Of a stretch of 64,000 bases of DNA, positions 1-17,500 are shown piece after piece. The notes beneath the pieces were generated by a model. That model saw nothing but the letters and a program-made list of their open reading frames with translations, searched no databases and was not told where the DNA came from. The stretch lies in the NCBI RefSeq assembly GCF_009914755.1, contig NC_060947.1. One strand, given 5' to 3'. The stretch is from the human T2T-CHM13v2.0 reference genome, Homo sapiens. Every line of letters starts with the position of its first letter. The first letter of the stretch is position 1. The position numbers and the translations under genes were made by a program.

Positions 1-417
1 CAAGAGTCTTCTAATGCTATCAGTTATTTTAACATCTGTAACATAAGACACCACATCAGTATCATTGTAAGCTTTAATCTACACTTGAATCACACCGGTA
101 TTAAGTCAATTGATGATATACAAAGGAGCAGTATCCATCATCACTCCAAAAAATTGTGCTGGTACATATTGGAGAGTGCTTGCTCTTAGCGTCCAAATTT
201 ATTTTTGTAAAAAAAAAAAAAACAGACATGCCTATAAACACAACACTAAGTTAAAAATTTCTATACGCCCTAGGTTTAATATGAAAGTCTACAGCCCTTT
301 GCCTGTTTACTTCACTACAATGTAACAGCCTTTTTTCATTTCATAAATATCCTCTCATCTAATTCCACTCTAAATAACAGTGAGTTAGAACTATAATAAT
401 TCAAAACAGATTGCAAA

Positions 418-556
418 GATAAATGCTTGAGAGGATGGAAACCCCATTCTCCATGATGTGCTTAGTTCACACTGTATGCCTGTATCAAAATATCACATTG
501 CCCCATAAATACAAACACCTATTATGTACCCACAAAAATTTAAACAAATACTTAAG
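418..556 (+). mobile_element. L1MA-type (L1MA2-4-like) extreme 3' end, 5'-truncated insertion
   Basis: ataaatgcttgagaggatgg...tatgtacccacaaaaattt resembles the L1MA 3' terminus. Perfect 15-bp TSD aaaacagattgcaaa at 403-417 and 557-571. Confidence 0.85.
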
Positions 557-799
557 AAAACAGATTGCAAAACTAACAGGTGTACACAAGGAATACTAAC
601 ATTACTATGTAACCATCATACCTTCTGATATCCACAGTATCCTTCCTATACTAACAATTTTGTACAGCTGTCTCTATAATACAAATAATTATAGAAATAC
701 AAGTTAATTGTACTTTAACACTGCAATCATGTAGAAAAGAATAAGTCTTTTGGATATTTTGTAGTTCTTTTTTCCTCCAGATGGAGATAGTCTGGTAAG

Positions 800-1320
800 A
801 CTCCTTGCTTCATGGTAGTAATCAAGGAAGGAAGTGTAAGAACTAAGACTTAAAGGATTAATTAAACATACATAATTGGAAGAAAAGACACTTCAGGCTG
901 AGAGAGCAGTATATGCAAATGGCAATTTGGAGGGACAAGTAGGAGGGCAGGAAGGGGATTACCAACTCTAAGTTATAGGGGAACTGTGTGATATGAAGTT
1001 GAAGAGGTGGAATGGGACAAGGCCATGAGGGCCTCATACGCTATCCAAGGAGTTTGAATTTTATCTTTAAGGTAATGCGGAATCACTAATGTATTTTGAG
1101 TTATTAGTGTGTAAAAAAGGTCACTCTGGCTTCTTTGTAGAGATTGGTTAAGGAAAATTGAGAGCAGAGACAGGAAAACAAGATAAAAGGTTGTTGCAGT
1201 AACCCAGGCAAGAGATGTCATGTACCTCTACTAACAAAGTGGCAGGATAGGACTGACCAGACTTGGCAACAGTTCAGATGTGGGGGCAGCTCCCAGGTTT
1301 GTGACTTCAATGCCATGCCT
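800..1320 (-). mobile_element. L2 LINE remnant
   Basis: Typical antisense L2 motifs (ggagtttgaattttatct, gttgcagtaacccaggcaagagatg). Boundaries approximate. Confidence 0.65.
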
Positions 1321-1459
1321 TTTATCCAGTACTCATCACCTTTATGCAAATGATCTCCAACTATGTTTCCTGTAGCTTGGTCAAAATAATAGAACAGTCA
1401 ACTTCAGTCAGCAGATGGCACATTAATCACTTGATTATTTCGGGTGGTTTCTCCATTGA

Positions 1460-2355
1460 ACAACCTCTACCTCAGTGGATTGGCATTTTTTACTTAGCAT
1501 AATTCCCTGTAGATTCATCAAAATTATCTTATGTAACTATAGTTCATTCCCTCTTATTGCTGAATAGTACTCCATAATTTATGTGTGCAGCACGGTTTGT
1601 TTAACCAGTTTGGGGTTATTACCAATGTAGCTAATATGAACCTTTATGTACAGTTTTCTATGTAGATATAAAGTTTCATTTATCTGGGGTAAATATTCAG
1701 GAGTCCAAATGCTATGTCATTTGGTAAATATATGCATAGGTTTTCTTTAAGTTTGTTTAACTGCCAGTCAGAGTTGGTTTATTTTTTTATATTCTCACAA
1801 GCCATATGGGAAAGATTCAATTTGTATCTTCACCAGCATCTGGTATTGTCATTATGTTTTTACTTTACCTTTACTGTTAGGTGTGTAGTGATATCACAGT
1901 AGAATTTTAATTTGCATTTACCTATTGCCCAATTATGCTAAACATATTTTTATGTGTGCATTTTAAAATATTTATTTATTTATTTACTTATTTATTTATT
2001 TTATAGAGACAGGGTCTAGCTGTGTCACCCAGGTTGGAGTGCACTGACATGATCATAGCTCACTGCAGCCTCAAATACCTGGGCACAAGCAATCCTTCCA
2101 CTTCAGCCTCCTAAGTAACTAGTTCTACAGATGCACGCCATCACACCTGGTTAATTTTTTTTAAAAAATGTAGAGATAGGGTCTCTCTTTTTTGCCCAGG
2201 CTGGTCTTGAACTCCTGTCCTCAAGTGATCCTCCAACCTCAGCCTCTCAAAGTGCTGGAATTACAGGCATGAGCCACTGCATCTGGCTCATATATTCACT
2301 TTTTATCTGTTTATCCTCTTCAATAAAATGTCTCATCATGACTGTTACTCATTTT
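1460..2355 (-). mobile_element. Old L1M (L1MC/MD/ME-like) 3' region, interrupted by AluJ
   Basis: ttacttagcataatt...gctgaatagtactccat...ttttaatttgcatt L1M 3' motifs on both sides of the Alu. Confidence 0.6.
1968..2288 (-). mobile_element. AluJ
   Basis: (TTTA)n tail. J-type motifs gagacagggtct and catagctcactgcagcctc. Heavy CpG decay. Confidence 0.9.
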
Positions 2356-3573
2356 CTTTAAAATAATATTTTATATATTTTAAATGACATAAATTATACA
2401 TATTAATGGGGTACATAGTGCCTTTCAGTAGATACAATGTATAGTGATCAAATCAGGATAATTAACATACCCATCACCTCAAGCATTTATCATTGATTTT
2501 GGTTGAAAACTTTCAAAATTCTCTCTTCTAGCCATTTAAAAATATGTAATAAATTATTCTTGGCTACAGACACCCTACAGTGCTATAGAACACTAGAATT
2601 TATTTCTACTTCTAGGTTAAATTTTGTATCCTTTAATCAATTGCTTCCTATCCCCTCTTCTCACTACACTTTCAGCTTCCAGTAACCACTATTCTACTCT
2701 TTACTTCTATGAGATCAACTTTTTTCGGTTCTGCATATGAGAGAAAACATGTATTATTTGTATTTCCCTCCCTGGCTTATTTCATTTAATGTAATGTCCT
2801 CCAGGCTCATCCATGTGGTCACCAATGAGAGGATTTCATTCTTTTTAAATGGCTGAATAGTATTCCATTCTGTATATATACCACATTTTTTTCTCTATGC
2901 ATGTTGATGAATACTTACATTGATTCCATACCTTGGCTTCTATGAACAGTACTGCAGTAAACATGGTGGCATAATATCTCCTTCATATACTGATTTCCTT
3001 TACTTTGGGTATATACCCAGTAATGGGATGACTGGATCATATTTTATTTCTATTTTTAGTTTTTTTGAGGAATGGCCATACTGTTACCTATAATTCCTGT
3101 TCTAGTTTACATTCCCATGAACAGTATATAAAAGTTCCCTTTTCCTCATATACTCACCAGGAATTGTTAATTTTGGAATTTTTGACAATAGGCATTCTGA
3201 CTGGAAAAATAAGATATCTCATTGTGGTTTTGACATACATTTCCCTGATGATTAATGATGTTGAAGAGGTTTTTTTTTTTTTCATATATTTGTTGTCCAT
3301 TTGGATGTCTTCTTTAGAGAAATGTCCATTCAGATTACTTGCCCATTTTAAATTGAATTATTATTATTATTTGCTTTGGAATTGTTTGAGTTCCTTCTAT
3401 ATTCTGGATATGACTACCTTGTTGAATGAATAGTTTGCAAACATTTTCTTTCATTCTTCTCCACTCTAATGATTGTTTTCTTTGTAGTGAAGAAAACTTA
3501 TAGTTTGATAGAATTCTATTTGTCTATTCTTGTTTTTGTTGCCTGTGCTTTGAGGTCATATTTATAAAATATT

Positions 3574-3917
<344 letters not shown>

Positions 3918-5803
3918 TTATAAGGTAAAAGGTAGGTCTAGTTTCATTTTTTCTATGTGTGGATAACCAATTTTTCAGCACCATTTATTGAAGAGACTGT
4001 CTTTTTCCTAATGAAGGTTCTTGACACCTTTTTCGAAAGTCATTTAGTAGTAACTACATGGGTTTATTTCTGGGTTCTGTATTTTATTTTGTTGGCCTAT
4101 GTCTGGTTTTTTTATGACAGTGCTGTGCTGTTGTAGTTACTATAGCTTTATAATATATTTTGATACCTGGTAATGCGATGCCTCCACCTTTGTTTTGTTT
4201 TTGTTTGTTTGTTTTTTGTTCAGGATTTCTAAGGCTATTCAGTGTCTTTTGTAGTTTCAAGAAATTTAGAAATGTTTTTCTTCTATTTCTGTGAAGAATG
4301 TTATTGGTAGTTTGATAGCGATTGCATTGAATCTGTAGATTGTTTTGGGTAGTATGGTTATTTTAATATGTTATTTCTTCAAGTCCATGAACATAGACTA
4401 TATTTTCATTTTTTTTCGTACCCTTCAATTTCTTTCATCAGTATTTTACAGTTTGTCTTGTAGAGACCTTTCACCTCCTCAATTAAATTTATTCCTAGGT
4501 AATTTTTTTCTAGCTAGTATACATTGAATTGTTTTCCTGATTTCTTTTTCAGTTAATTCCTTTTTGGTGTATAAAATTGATACTGATTTCTGTATGATGA
4601 TTTTCTATTCTGCAAATTTACTGAATTTGTTTATCAGTTTTAAGAGTTTTTTGGTGTAGTGTTTAGGTTTTCTATATATAAAATTATGCTATCTGCAATG
4701 AGTGACAATTTGACTTCCTCCTTTTTCAATTGGATTACCTTTATTTATTTATTTTGCTTAATTGCTCTGGCTAAGACTTTCAATATGATGATTCATAAGA
4801 GTAGTAAAAGTTGGCATCCTTGTCTTCCTCCAGTTCTTAGAAGAAAATCTTTGTGGCCTTTACTATGTTGAGATATATTTCTTTTACAACTAATTTGTGA
4901 AGTTTTTATAATGAAGGAATGTTGCATTTTATCTATTTTTCTTCATCTATTGAGGTGATCATATGGTTTTTATCCTTCATTCTGTTGATGTTATGTAACA
5001 TGTTTGTTGATTTGTATATATTGAACTACCTTTACATCACTTGGGTAAATACAACTTGATCATGGTGTATTATCTTTTTGATGTGCTCTTGGATTTGGTT
5101 TGCTAGTGTTTTGTTGAGGATTGTTGCATCTATGTTCATCTGAGATATTGGTCTGTAGTTTTTGTTGTTGTTGTTGGGTTCTATCTGGTTCTGGTATAAG
5201 GGTTATGCTGGTTTCATAGAATGAGTTTAGAAGTATTTCCCCTTCAATTCTTTGGAACAGTTTAAGAAGAAGTGGTATTCATTCTTCTTTAAAAGTTTGG
5301 TGGAATTCAACAATTAAGTAATCTGTCCCTGGGCATTCCTTTCTTGGGAGACCTTTTGTTAATGATTAAATGTCATTAATCATTATGGGACTGTTCAGGT
5401 TTTATATCTTTTCTTTGTTCTAACTGGTAAGTTGTATGTATCCAAGAATTTATGCATTTTCTAATTTGTTGGTATATAGTTGTTCATAATAGACTCTAAT
5501 GATCCTTTGCATTTCTTTCATATCTGTTGGGATGTTTTCTTTTTCATTTCTGATTTTATTTATCTGGGTCTTACCTCTTTTTTCTTAGTCTAGCTAATGG
5601 TTTGTTAATTTTGTTTATGCTTTCAAAAACCACAGCTTTTCATTTTGTTGATCTTTTGCATTTTTTAGCCTCAATTTTGTTTATTTCTACTCTGTTTGTA
5701 ATTGTTTCTTTTCCTCCATTATCTTTTGGTTTGATTTGTTTTTTCTTTCCTAGTTTTTGAGGTGAATTTTTATGTTACTTATTTTAAATCTTTCTACTTT
5801 TTT

Positions 5804-6674
5804 TTTCAACTTTTATTTTAGATTCAGGAAGTACATGTGCAGGTTTGGTACCTGGGTGTATTGTGTGGTGCTGAGTTTTGGAGTAAGAATGGCCCAGTCA
5901 CCCAGGTAATGAGCATAGTACGCAACAGTTAGTTTTTCAACTCTTGCCCATCTCCCTCCCTCCCACTTCCAGTAGTCTCCATTGTTTATTGTTGCCATCA
6001 TTACGTTCATCAGTATCCATCGTTTAGCACCCACTTATAAGTGAGAACATGGTTTTATGTTTCTATGCTAATTTGCTTATGATAATGGTCTCCAACTTCA
6101 TCCATGCTTTGGATGCAGCAAAGGACATGATTTCATCTATTTTTATGGTCCACCTTTGATGAGCACCTAGGGTGATTCTGTGTCTTTTCTGTCATGAATA
6201 GTACTGTGATGTACATGAGAATGCATGTGTTTTTTTGGTAAAATTATTTGTTTTCTTTTGGATATATACCCAGTAATGGGAGTGCTGGGTTGAATGGTAG
6301 TTCTAAGTTCTTTGAGAAATCTCCAAACTGCTTTTCACGAGGGCTGAACTAATTCATATTCCAACTAACAGTGTGTAATTGTTTCCTTTTCACCACAGCC
6401 TCGCCAGCATCTTTTTTTTTTTTACTTTTAAATAATAGCCCCTCTGACTGATGTGAGATGGTATCTCTTTGTGATTTTCATTTGCATTTCTCTGATGATT
6501 AGTGATGTGGAGCATTTTTTCATATGTTTGATGGCTACTTGTATATCTTCTTTTGAGAATTGTCCATTCCTGTCTTTGCCCATTTTTTGACAGTGTTATT
6601 TAGTTTTTGCTTGTTCAATTGCTTATGTTTCTTATAGATTCTGGATATTAGAACTTTGTCAGATGAAGTTTGTG
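5804..6674 (-). mobile_element. 5'-truncated L1PA15/16-like 3' end nested in L1MA
   Basis: 3' motif ttttattttagattcagg...gtcacccaggtaatgagcatagtac. Perfect 15-bp TSD tctttctactttttt at 5789-5803 and 6675-6689. Confidence 0.85.
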
Positions 6675-6813
6675 TCTTTCTACTTTTTTATGTAGGGATT
6701 TATTACTGTAAATTTGCCTCTTAATGCTGTTTTTGCTGAATTGTGTAGGATTTGGTATGTTGTGTTTCTATTTTCATTTGTTTCAAATTATTTTTAACTT
6801 AAAAATATTTCTT

Positions 6814-7087
<274 letters not shown>

Positions 7088-7220
7088 TCATTCAGGAGCA
7101 TGTTGTTTAATTTCCATGTATTTGTACCGTTTTGAATATTCCTTTTTACTGATTTCTACTTTTATTCAGTTATGTTCAAACAATATACTTGATATGATTC
7201 CAATTTTTAAAATACTGGAG

Positions 7221-10140
<2,920 letters not shown>

Positions 10141-12892
10141 TTAACAATAAATATAAATATATTTTTCAGAGGTTGGGTTAAACCTTCTGTAAAGGTCTGT
10201 TAGGTCCATTTGGTCTGTGATGCGTTTTAAATCTGATGTTTCTTTTTTTAATTTTTTTTGTGTAGATAATCTGTCCAATGTTGATAGTGGGGTGTTACCT
10301 TTTCCCAGTATTATTGTACTGAAATATATATCTCTCTTTAGATGTAATAATATTTGTCTTATGTATCCAGTTGCCCTGGTGTTGCACGTACATATGTTTA
10401 CAATTGTTTTCACCTCTTGCTTGATTCCTTTAGTGTTGTATAATATTCTTAATATCCTTTTTCTTTACAGTTTTTGACTTAAATTCAGTTTTATCTGATA
10501 TAAGTTTAGCTACACCTGCTTACTTATGATTTACATTTGCACAGAATATCATTTTCATCCCTTCACTTTCAGTTTATATGTGTCTTTACAGGTGAGGTGA
10601 ATTTTTTATAGGCAGCATGTAGTTCCTTCTTTTTTTATCCATTTGGCCAGACTATATATTTTAATTGGAAAATTTAATCCATTTACATTCAAGGTTATTA
10701 TTGATAGGTGAAGATTTGCTCTTGTCATTTTTAATGGTTTTATGGTTGTTTTATATTTTATCTACTATTTTCTTCCTTCTTATTGCATATCCTTTTGGTA
10801 TCAAGGTTTTTTGTAGTAGTAACTTTTGATTCCATTCTTTTTCTCATTTGTGTATCAGTTCTACCACTAAGTTTTATAATTTTGGTTGTTTTCATGATGA
10901 ATGTTATTGTCCTTTTGCTTCCAGATATAAGACTTCTTTGAGCATATCTTTTAAGACCAATTTAATACTGATAAATTCTCTCAGTTTTTGCTTATCTGGT
11001 AAAGATGTTATTTATCCATTTCTGTAGGGTAGGTTTGCTGGGTGTAGTATTCCTAGCCAGTAGTATTTTCTTTCAGCTCTTTGAATATATCATTCCATAC
11101 TCAACTTGCCTGTAAGGTTTCTCCTAAGAAATCTACTTTTAGTTTAAATGAAGGATTTTCATATATGTGATTTGATGCTTTTCTCTTCTGTTTTTTAGAA
11201 TGTTCTCTTTGTCTTTAACTTTTTTTTCTGTAAGTTATTTGAGTACAGGTGGTATTTAGTCACATGAGTAAATTCTTTAATGGTGATTTGTGGGATTTTG
11301 GTGTACCCCATCACCTGAGCAGTATACACTGCACCATATTTGTAATCTTCTGTCCCTCACCCCATTCCCACTCTTCTCTCCAAGTCTCCAAAGTCCATTG
11401 CATCATTCTTATGTCTTTGCATCCTCATAGCTTAGCTCCCACATAACAGTGAGAACATATGATGTTTGGTTTTCCATTTCTGAGTTACTTCACTTAGAAT
11501 AATAATCTCCAATCTCATCCAGTTCACTGCAAATGAATTAAATTCATTCTTTTTTCTGGCTGCATAGTATTCCATCTTATATACATACCACAGTTATTTT
11601 TTTTTATCCACTTGATGACTGATGGACATTTGAGTTGGTTCCACGATTTTGCAATTGTGAATTGTGCTGCCATAAACATGCATGTACAAGTATCTTTTTC
11701 AAATAAGGACTTCTTTTCCTCTGAGTAGATACCAAGTAATGGGACAGCTGCATCAAATGGTAGTTCTACTTTTAGTTCTTTTCTCAGTAGATACCCAGTA
11801 GTGGGATTGCTGAATCAAATGTTACTTCTACTTTTAGTTCTTTTAGGAATCTCCACACTGTTTTCCACAGCAGCTGTACTAGTTTAAGTTCCCACCAGCA
11901 GGGTAGAAGCATTCCCTGTTCACTCTATCCACACCAGCATGTACTGTTTTTTATTTTTGGATAATAGCCATTTTTGCAGGAGTGAGGCGGTATCGCATTG
12001 TGGTTTTGATTTGCATTTCCCCAATCATTAGTGATGTACAGCATTTTAAAATATGTTTGCTGGCCATTTGTGTATCTTCTTTTGAGAATTTTCTATTCAT
12101 GTTCTTATCCCACTTTTTGATGGAATTGTTTGTTTGTTTTTTTCTTCCTGATTTGTTTGAGCTCATTGTACATTGTGGATATTAGTTGTTTGTCAGATGT
12201 GTAGACTGCGAAGATTTTCTCCCACACTGTGGGTTGTCTGTTTACTCTGCTGACTGTTCTTTTTGCCATGCAAAAGCTTTTTAGTTTAATTAGGTCCCAG
12301 CTATTTATCTTTGTTTTTATTGCATTTGTCTTGGGTTCTTGGTCATGAAATCCTTGCCTAAGCCAATGTCTAGAGGAGTTTCCTGAATGTTATCTTCTAG
12401 AACTTTTATCGATTCTGGTCTTAGGTTTAAGTCCTTAAGCCATCTTGAGTTGATTTTTATATAAGATGAGAGATCATGACTCAGTTTCATTGTCCTACAT
12501 GTGGCTAGCCAATTATCTCGGCACCATTTGTTGAAAATGGTGTCCTTTCCCCACTTTATGTTATTTGTTTGCTTTGTCGAAGTTCAGTTGGCTGTGTTTG
12601 GGTTTATTTCTGGGTATCTATTCTGTTCCATTGGTCTATGTGCCTATTTTTGTACTAGTACCTTGGTGTTTTGGTGACTATGGTCTTATAGTATAGTTTG
12701 AAATCAGGTAGTGTGATGCCTCCACATTTCTTCTTTTTTGCTTAGTCTTGCTTTGCCTATGCGGGCTCTTTTTTTGGTTCCATATAAATTTTAGAATTGT
12801 TTATTCTAATTCTGTGAAGAATGATGGTGGTGTTTTGATGGGGATTGCATTGAATTTGTAGTTGTAGATTGCCTGGCAGTATGGTCATTTTC

Positions 12893-13657
12893 TTTCTTTT
12901 AAATGCAATAATGAATAGTGTTTATTGTGTCTAAAAATATCAGATTATAATTCTAATAAATGAAACTGACAAAAATACAAAGTACATGGGAAACAAAAGT
13001 GAAACTCTAGAAAATAAAAAACATCTGGATATATTAGAGCTTTGGAGGAAATGAGCAATTCACATGTCCTGAAGTTTTCAGATTGTGCTGAAGAATGAGA
13101 TTACCCATTCTTTTTATATATAATTTATTGTTTTATTTCCCCACTGATCTATTTGCTATAATCATCACTCTCAAATTGTCTCCCTCAGTTTATTTCACTC
13201 CAGGCTTTTTGTCTCAATGTCAAGCTATGGACACTGCCACTGACCTTCATGGGATGATGGGTGCCCTACTGAGCCCCTCTCTGCTCCGTGGTAATGGTCC
13301 CATTCTGACCATGGAGAAGAAGCAGTGATCTTAAGGTTTCCCAGAATATAACTCAGACCAAAGGAAGAATGTAAACAAGGCTTGCTTCAGGCTTGTGAAA
13401 AAGGATAATACACCAAATATCTTAAAACTGCTTTAAGTTGTGTCTCTTCTTAGGGCTCCCATATTGAAAGCAAAAATCAGAGCCCTTGTGTTACACAGAC
13501 AGTCTTTACACAGCAGTAATCAGCTGCTCTCCGACCACCAGGTTCTCCAGTTATCTCCAAACTGTAACATGCAGGCCCAATCTCTTTCGGCCTACAGAAA
13601 AATGGAGATTTATTTCAGATCCTTGACACAAATGAAAATGTTCCACAGTTGTCCTGG
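12893..13657 (-). pseudogene. L1-mediated retrocopy of non-repeat polyadenylated RNA (3'UTR-only processed pseudogene or orphan transduction); parent not recognised
   Basis: Perfect 18-bp TSD ggcagtatggtcattttc (12875-12892 / 13658-13675). Residual poly-A at 12893-12900. AATAAA (tttatt at 12921-12926) 20 nt from the tail. No repeat similarity seen. Confidence 0.8.
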
Positions 13658-14052
13658 GGCAGTATGGTCATTTTCACAGTATTGATGAGTATCCATGGGC
13701 ATGGATGTGTTTCCATTTGTTTGGTCTTTCGACTCATTGGTTAGGTACATTCCTAAGTATTTTTTTTTCAGCTATTGTAAAAGGGGTTGAGTTATTGATT
13801 TAGTTCTCCACTTGGTCGCTGTCGTTGTATAGAAGGCTACTGATTTGTGTACATTACTCTTATATCCAGAAACTTTGCTGAATTCTTTTATCACTTCTGG
13901 GAGGTTTCTGGAGGAGTCCTTAGGGTTTTCAAGGTAAACAATCATATCGCCAGCAAACAGTGACAATTTGACCTCCTCTTTATCAATTTGGATGCACTTT
14001 ATTTCTTTCTGTTGTCTGATTGCTCTGGATAAGACTTCCATTACTATGTTGA

Positions 14053-14592
<540 letters not shown>

Positions 14593-17500
14593 CTATTGAA
14601 ATGATCATGTGATTTTTGTTTTTAATTCTGTTTATGTGGTGTATCACATTTATTGACTTGCACATATTAAAGCATCCCAGCATTCCTGGTTTGAAACCCA
14701 CTTGATCATGGTGGATTATCTTTTGGATATGTTCTTGGATTCCGTTAGCAAGTATTTTGTTAAGGAATATAGCACCTGTGTTCATCAAGGTTATCAGTCT
14801 GTAGTTTTCTTTCTTGATTATGTCCTTTCCTGATTTTGGTATTAGGATGATGCTAGCTTCATAGAATGAATTTGTGAGGTCATTTGGATTTTCTCTCTTC
14901 TTTTCTTGATTAATTTTGCCAATGGTTTATCAATTTTATCTTTTCAAAGAAACAGGTTTTTGTTTCATTTATCTTTTAATTTTTTTTTCAGTTTCATTCA
15001 GTTCTACTCTGATCTTGGTTATTTTCTTTTTCCTGCTTGGTTTGGGTTTGTTTTACTCTTGTTTCTCTAGTTCCTGGAAGTGTGACCTTAGAGTGTCAGT
15101 TTGTGCTCTTTCAGTCTTTTTGATGTAGGCATTTATGGCTATGAACTTTTCTCTTAGCACCACCTTTGCTGTATCCCAGAGGTTTTGATAGGTTATTTCA
15201 TTATTGTCGTTCAGTTCAAAGAATTGTTTAATGTCCATCTTGATTTCACTTTTGATCCAATGCTCATTCAGGAGCAAGCTGTTTAATTTCCATTTATTTG
15301 CATGGTTTTGACGGTCCTTTTTAGGGTTATTTCCAGTTTATTCCACCGTGGTCTGACAGAGTGCTTAATATAATTTCAATTTTCTTAAACTTATTGAGGC
15401 TCATTTTATGGCCTATCATATGGTCTATCTTGGAGAAAGTTCCATGCATTGTTGAATAGAATGTGTATTCTGCAGTTGTTGGTTGAAATGTTCTGTATGT
15501 ATCTGTTAAATCCATTTGTTCCAAGAAGTTTAAATCCATTGTTTATTGGTTGACATTCTGTCTTGATTATCTGTCTAGTGCTGTCAGTGGAGTATTGAAG
15601 TCCCCCACTATGATTGTGTCACTGTCTATCTCATATGTCTATTAGTAATTGTTTTATAAATTTGGGAGCTCCAGTGTTAGATGTACATATGTTTAGGATT
15701 GTGATATTATCCTGTTGGACAAGGCCTTTTACCATTATATGGTGTCCCTCTTTGTCTCTTAGCTGCCGTCGCTTTAACGTTTGTTTTGTCTAATATAAGA
15801 ATAGCTACCCTCTGCATGCTTTTTGTGTCCATTGCAATGACATGCCTTTTTCCACCTCTTTACTTTAGGTTTATGTGAGTTGAGTCTCCTGGAGTCAGCA
15901 GATAGTTGATTGGTGAGATCTTATCTATTCTGCAGTTTGGTATCATTTAAGTGGAACATTTAGGCCATTTACATTGAGTGTTAGTATTGAAATGTGAGGT
16001 GCTGTTGCATTCATTATGCTTTCTTTTCGCCTGTATACTTTGGCTTTTTTTTTCTTTTTAACTTTTAGTTGTGTTTTATAGGTCCTGTGTGATTTATGCT
16101 TTAAAGATATTTTGTTTTAATGTGTTTCCAGGATTTGTTTCAAGATTTAGAGCCCCTTTTAACAGTTATTGTAGTGGTGGCTTGGTAATGGGGAATTCTC
16201 TCAGCATTTGTTTGTCTGAAAAAGATTGTATCTTTCCTTCATATATGATACTTAGTTTCAATAGATACAAAGTTCTTGGCTGATAATTGTTTTGTTTATG
16301 GAGGCTGAAGACAGGGCCCCAATTCCTTGTAGCTTGTAGGGTTTCTGCTTATAAATCTGCTGTTAATCTGATAGGTTTTCCTTTGTAGGTTACCTGGTGC
16401 TGTTGTCTCACAGCTCTTAAGATTCTTTCTTTCATCTTAACTTTGGATAACCTGATGACAATGTGACTAGGTGAAGATCTTTTTGTGTTGAATTTCCTGG
16501 GTGTTCTTTATGCTTCATCTATTTGGATGTCTAGGTCTCTAACAAGGCCAGGGAAGTTTTCCTTGATTATTATACCAAATATGTTTTTCAAGCTTTTAGA
16601 ATTCTCTTCTTCCTCAGGAACACTGATTATTCTTAGGTTTGGTCATCTAACATAATCCCAGACTTCTTGGAGGTTTTGTTCATACTTTCTTATTGTTTTT
16701 TATTTGTCTTTGTTGGATTGGGTTAATTCGAAGACCTTGTTTTCAAGCTCTGAATTTCTTTCTTCTGCTTGTTGAATTCTATTGCTGAGATTTTCCAGGA
16801 CATTTCACATTTCTAAAAGTGTGTCCAGTGTTTCCTGAATTTTTTATTGTTTTTTCTTTAAGCTACCTATTTCCTTGAATATTTCTTCCTTCACTTCTTG
16901 TATCATATTTTGGATTTCCTTGCATTGGGCATTGCCTTTCTCTGGTCCCTCCCTGATTAGCTTAATAACTAACCTCCTGAATTCTTTTTTCAGATTAATC
17001 AGGGACTTATTTTTGCTTTGGATCCATTGCTGGTTAACTAGTGTGTTTTTTGGGAGGTGCTAAAGAGCCTTCTTTTGTCATATTACCCGGGTTGGTTTTC
17101 TTCCTCCGTTTCATTTGGGTAGGCTCTGTCAGAGGGAAGGTCTAGGGCTGAAAGCTGTTGTTCAGATTATTTTGTCCTACAGGGTGTTCCCTTGATGTAG
17201 ACTCTCCCTCCTTTTCCTATGGATGTGGCTGCCTATGAGCCAAACTGCAGTCATTGTTTTATCTCTTCTGGGTCTATCCACCCAGTGAGTCTACCTGACT
17301 CTGGGCTGGTACTGGGAGTTGTTTGCACAGAGTCCTGTGATGTGAACTGTCTATGGGTCTCTCAGCTGTGGATACCAGTGCCCCTTCTGATGGAGGTGGG
17401 AGGGGGTTCAATGGACTCCCTGAGGGTTCTTAGCTTCAGTAGTTTAATGTTCTATTTTTGTGCTGGTTGGCCTCCTGCCAGGACATTGCGCTTTCCAGGA

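Noticed and set aside
13095-13685. ORFs 13095-13328 and 13440-13685 as the retrocopy's coding sequence
   Set aside because: Opposite to the poly-A orientation, short, no recognisable protein; the second runs into L1 sequence.
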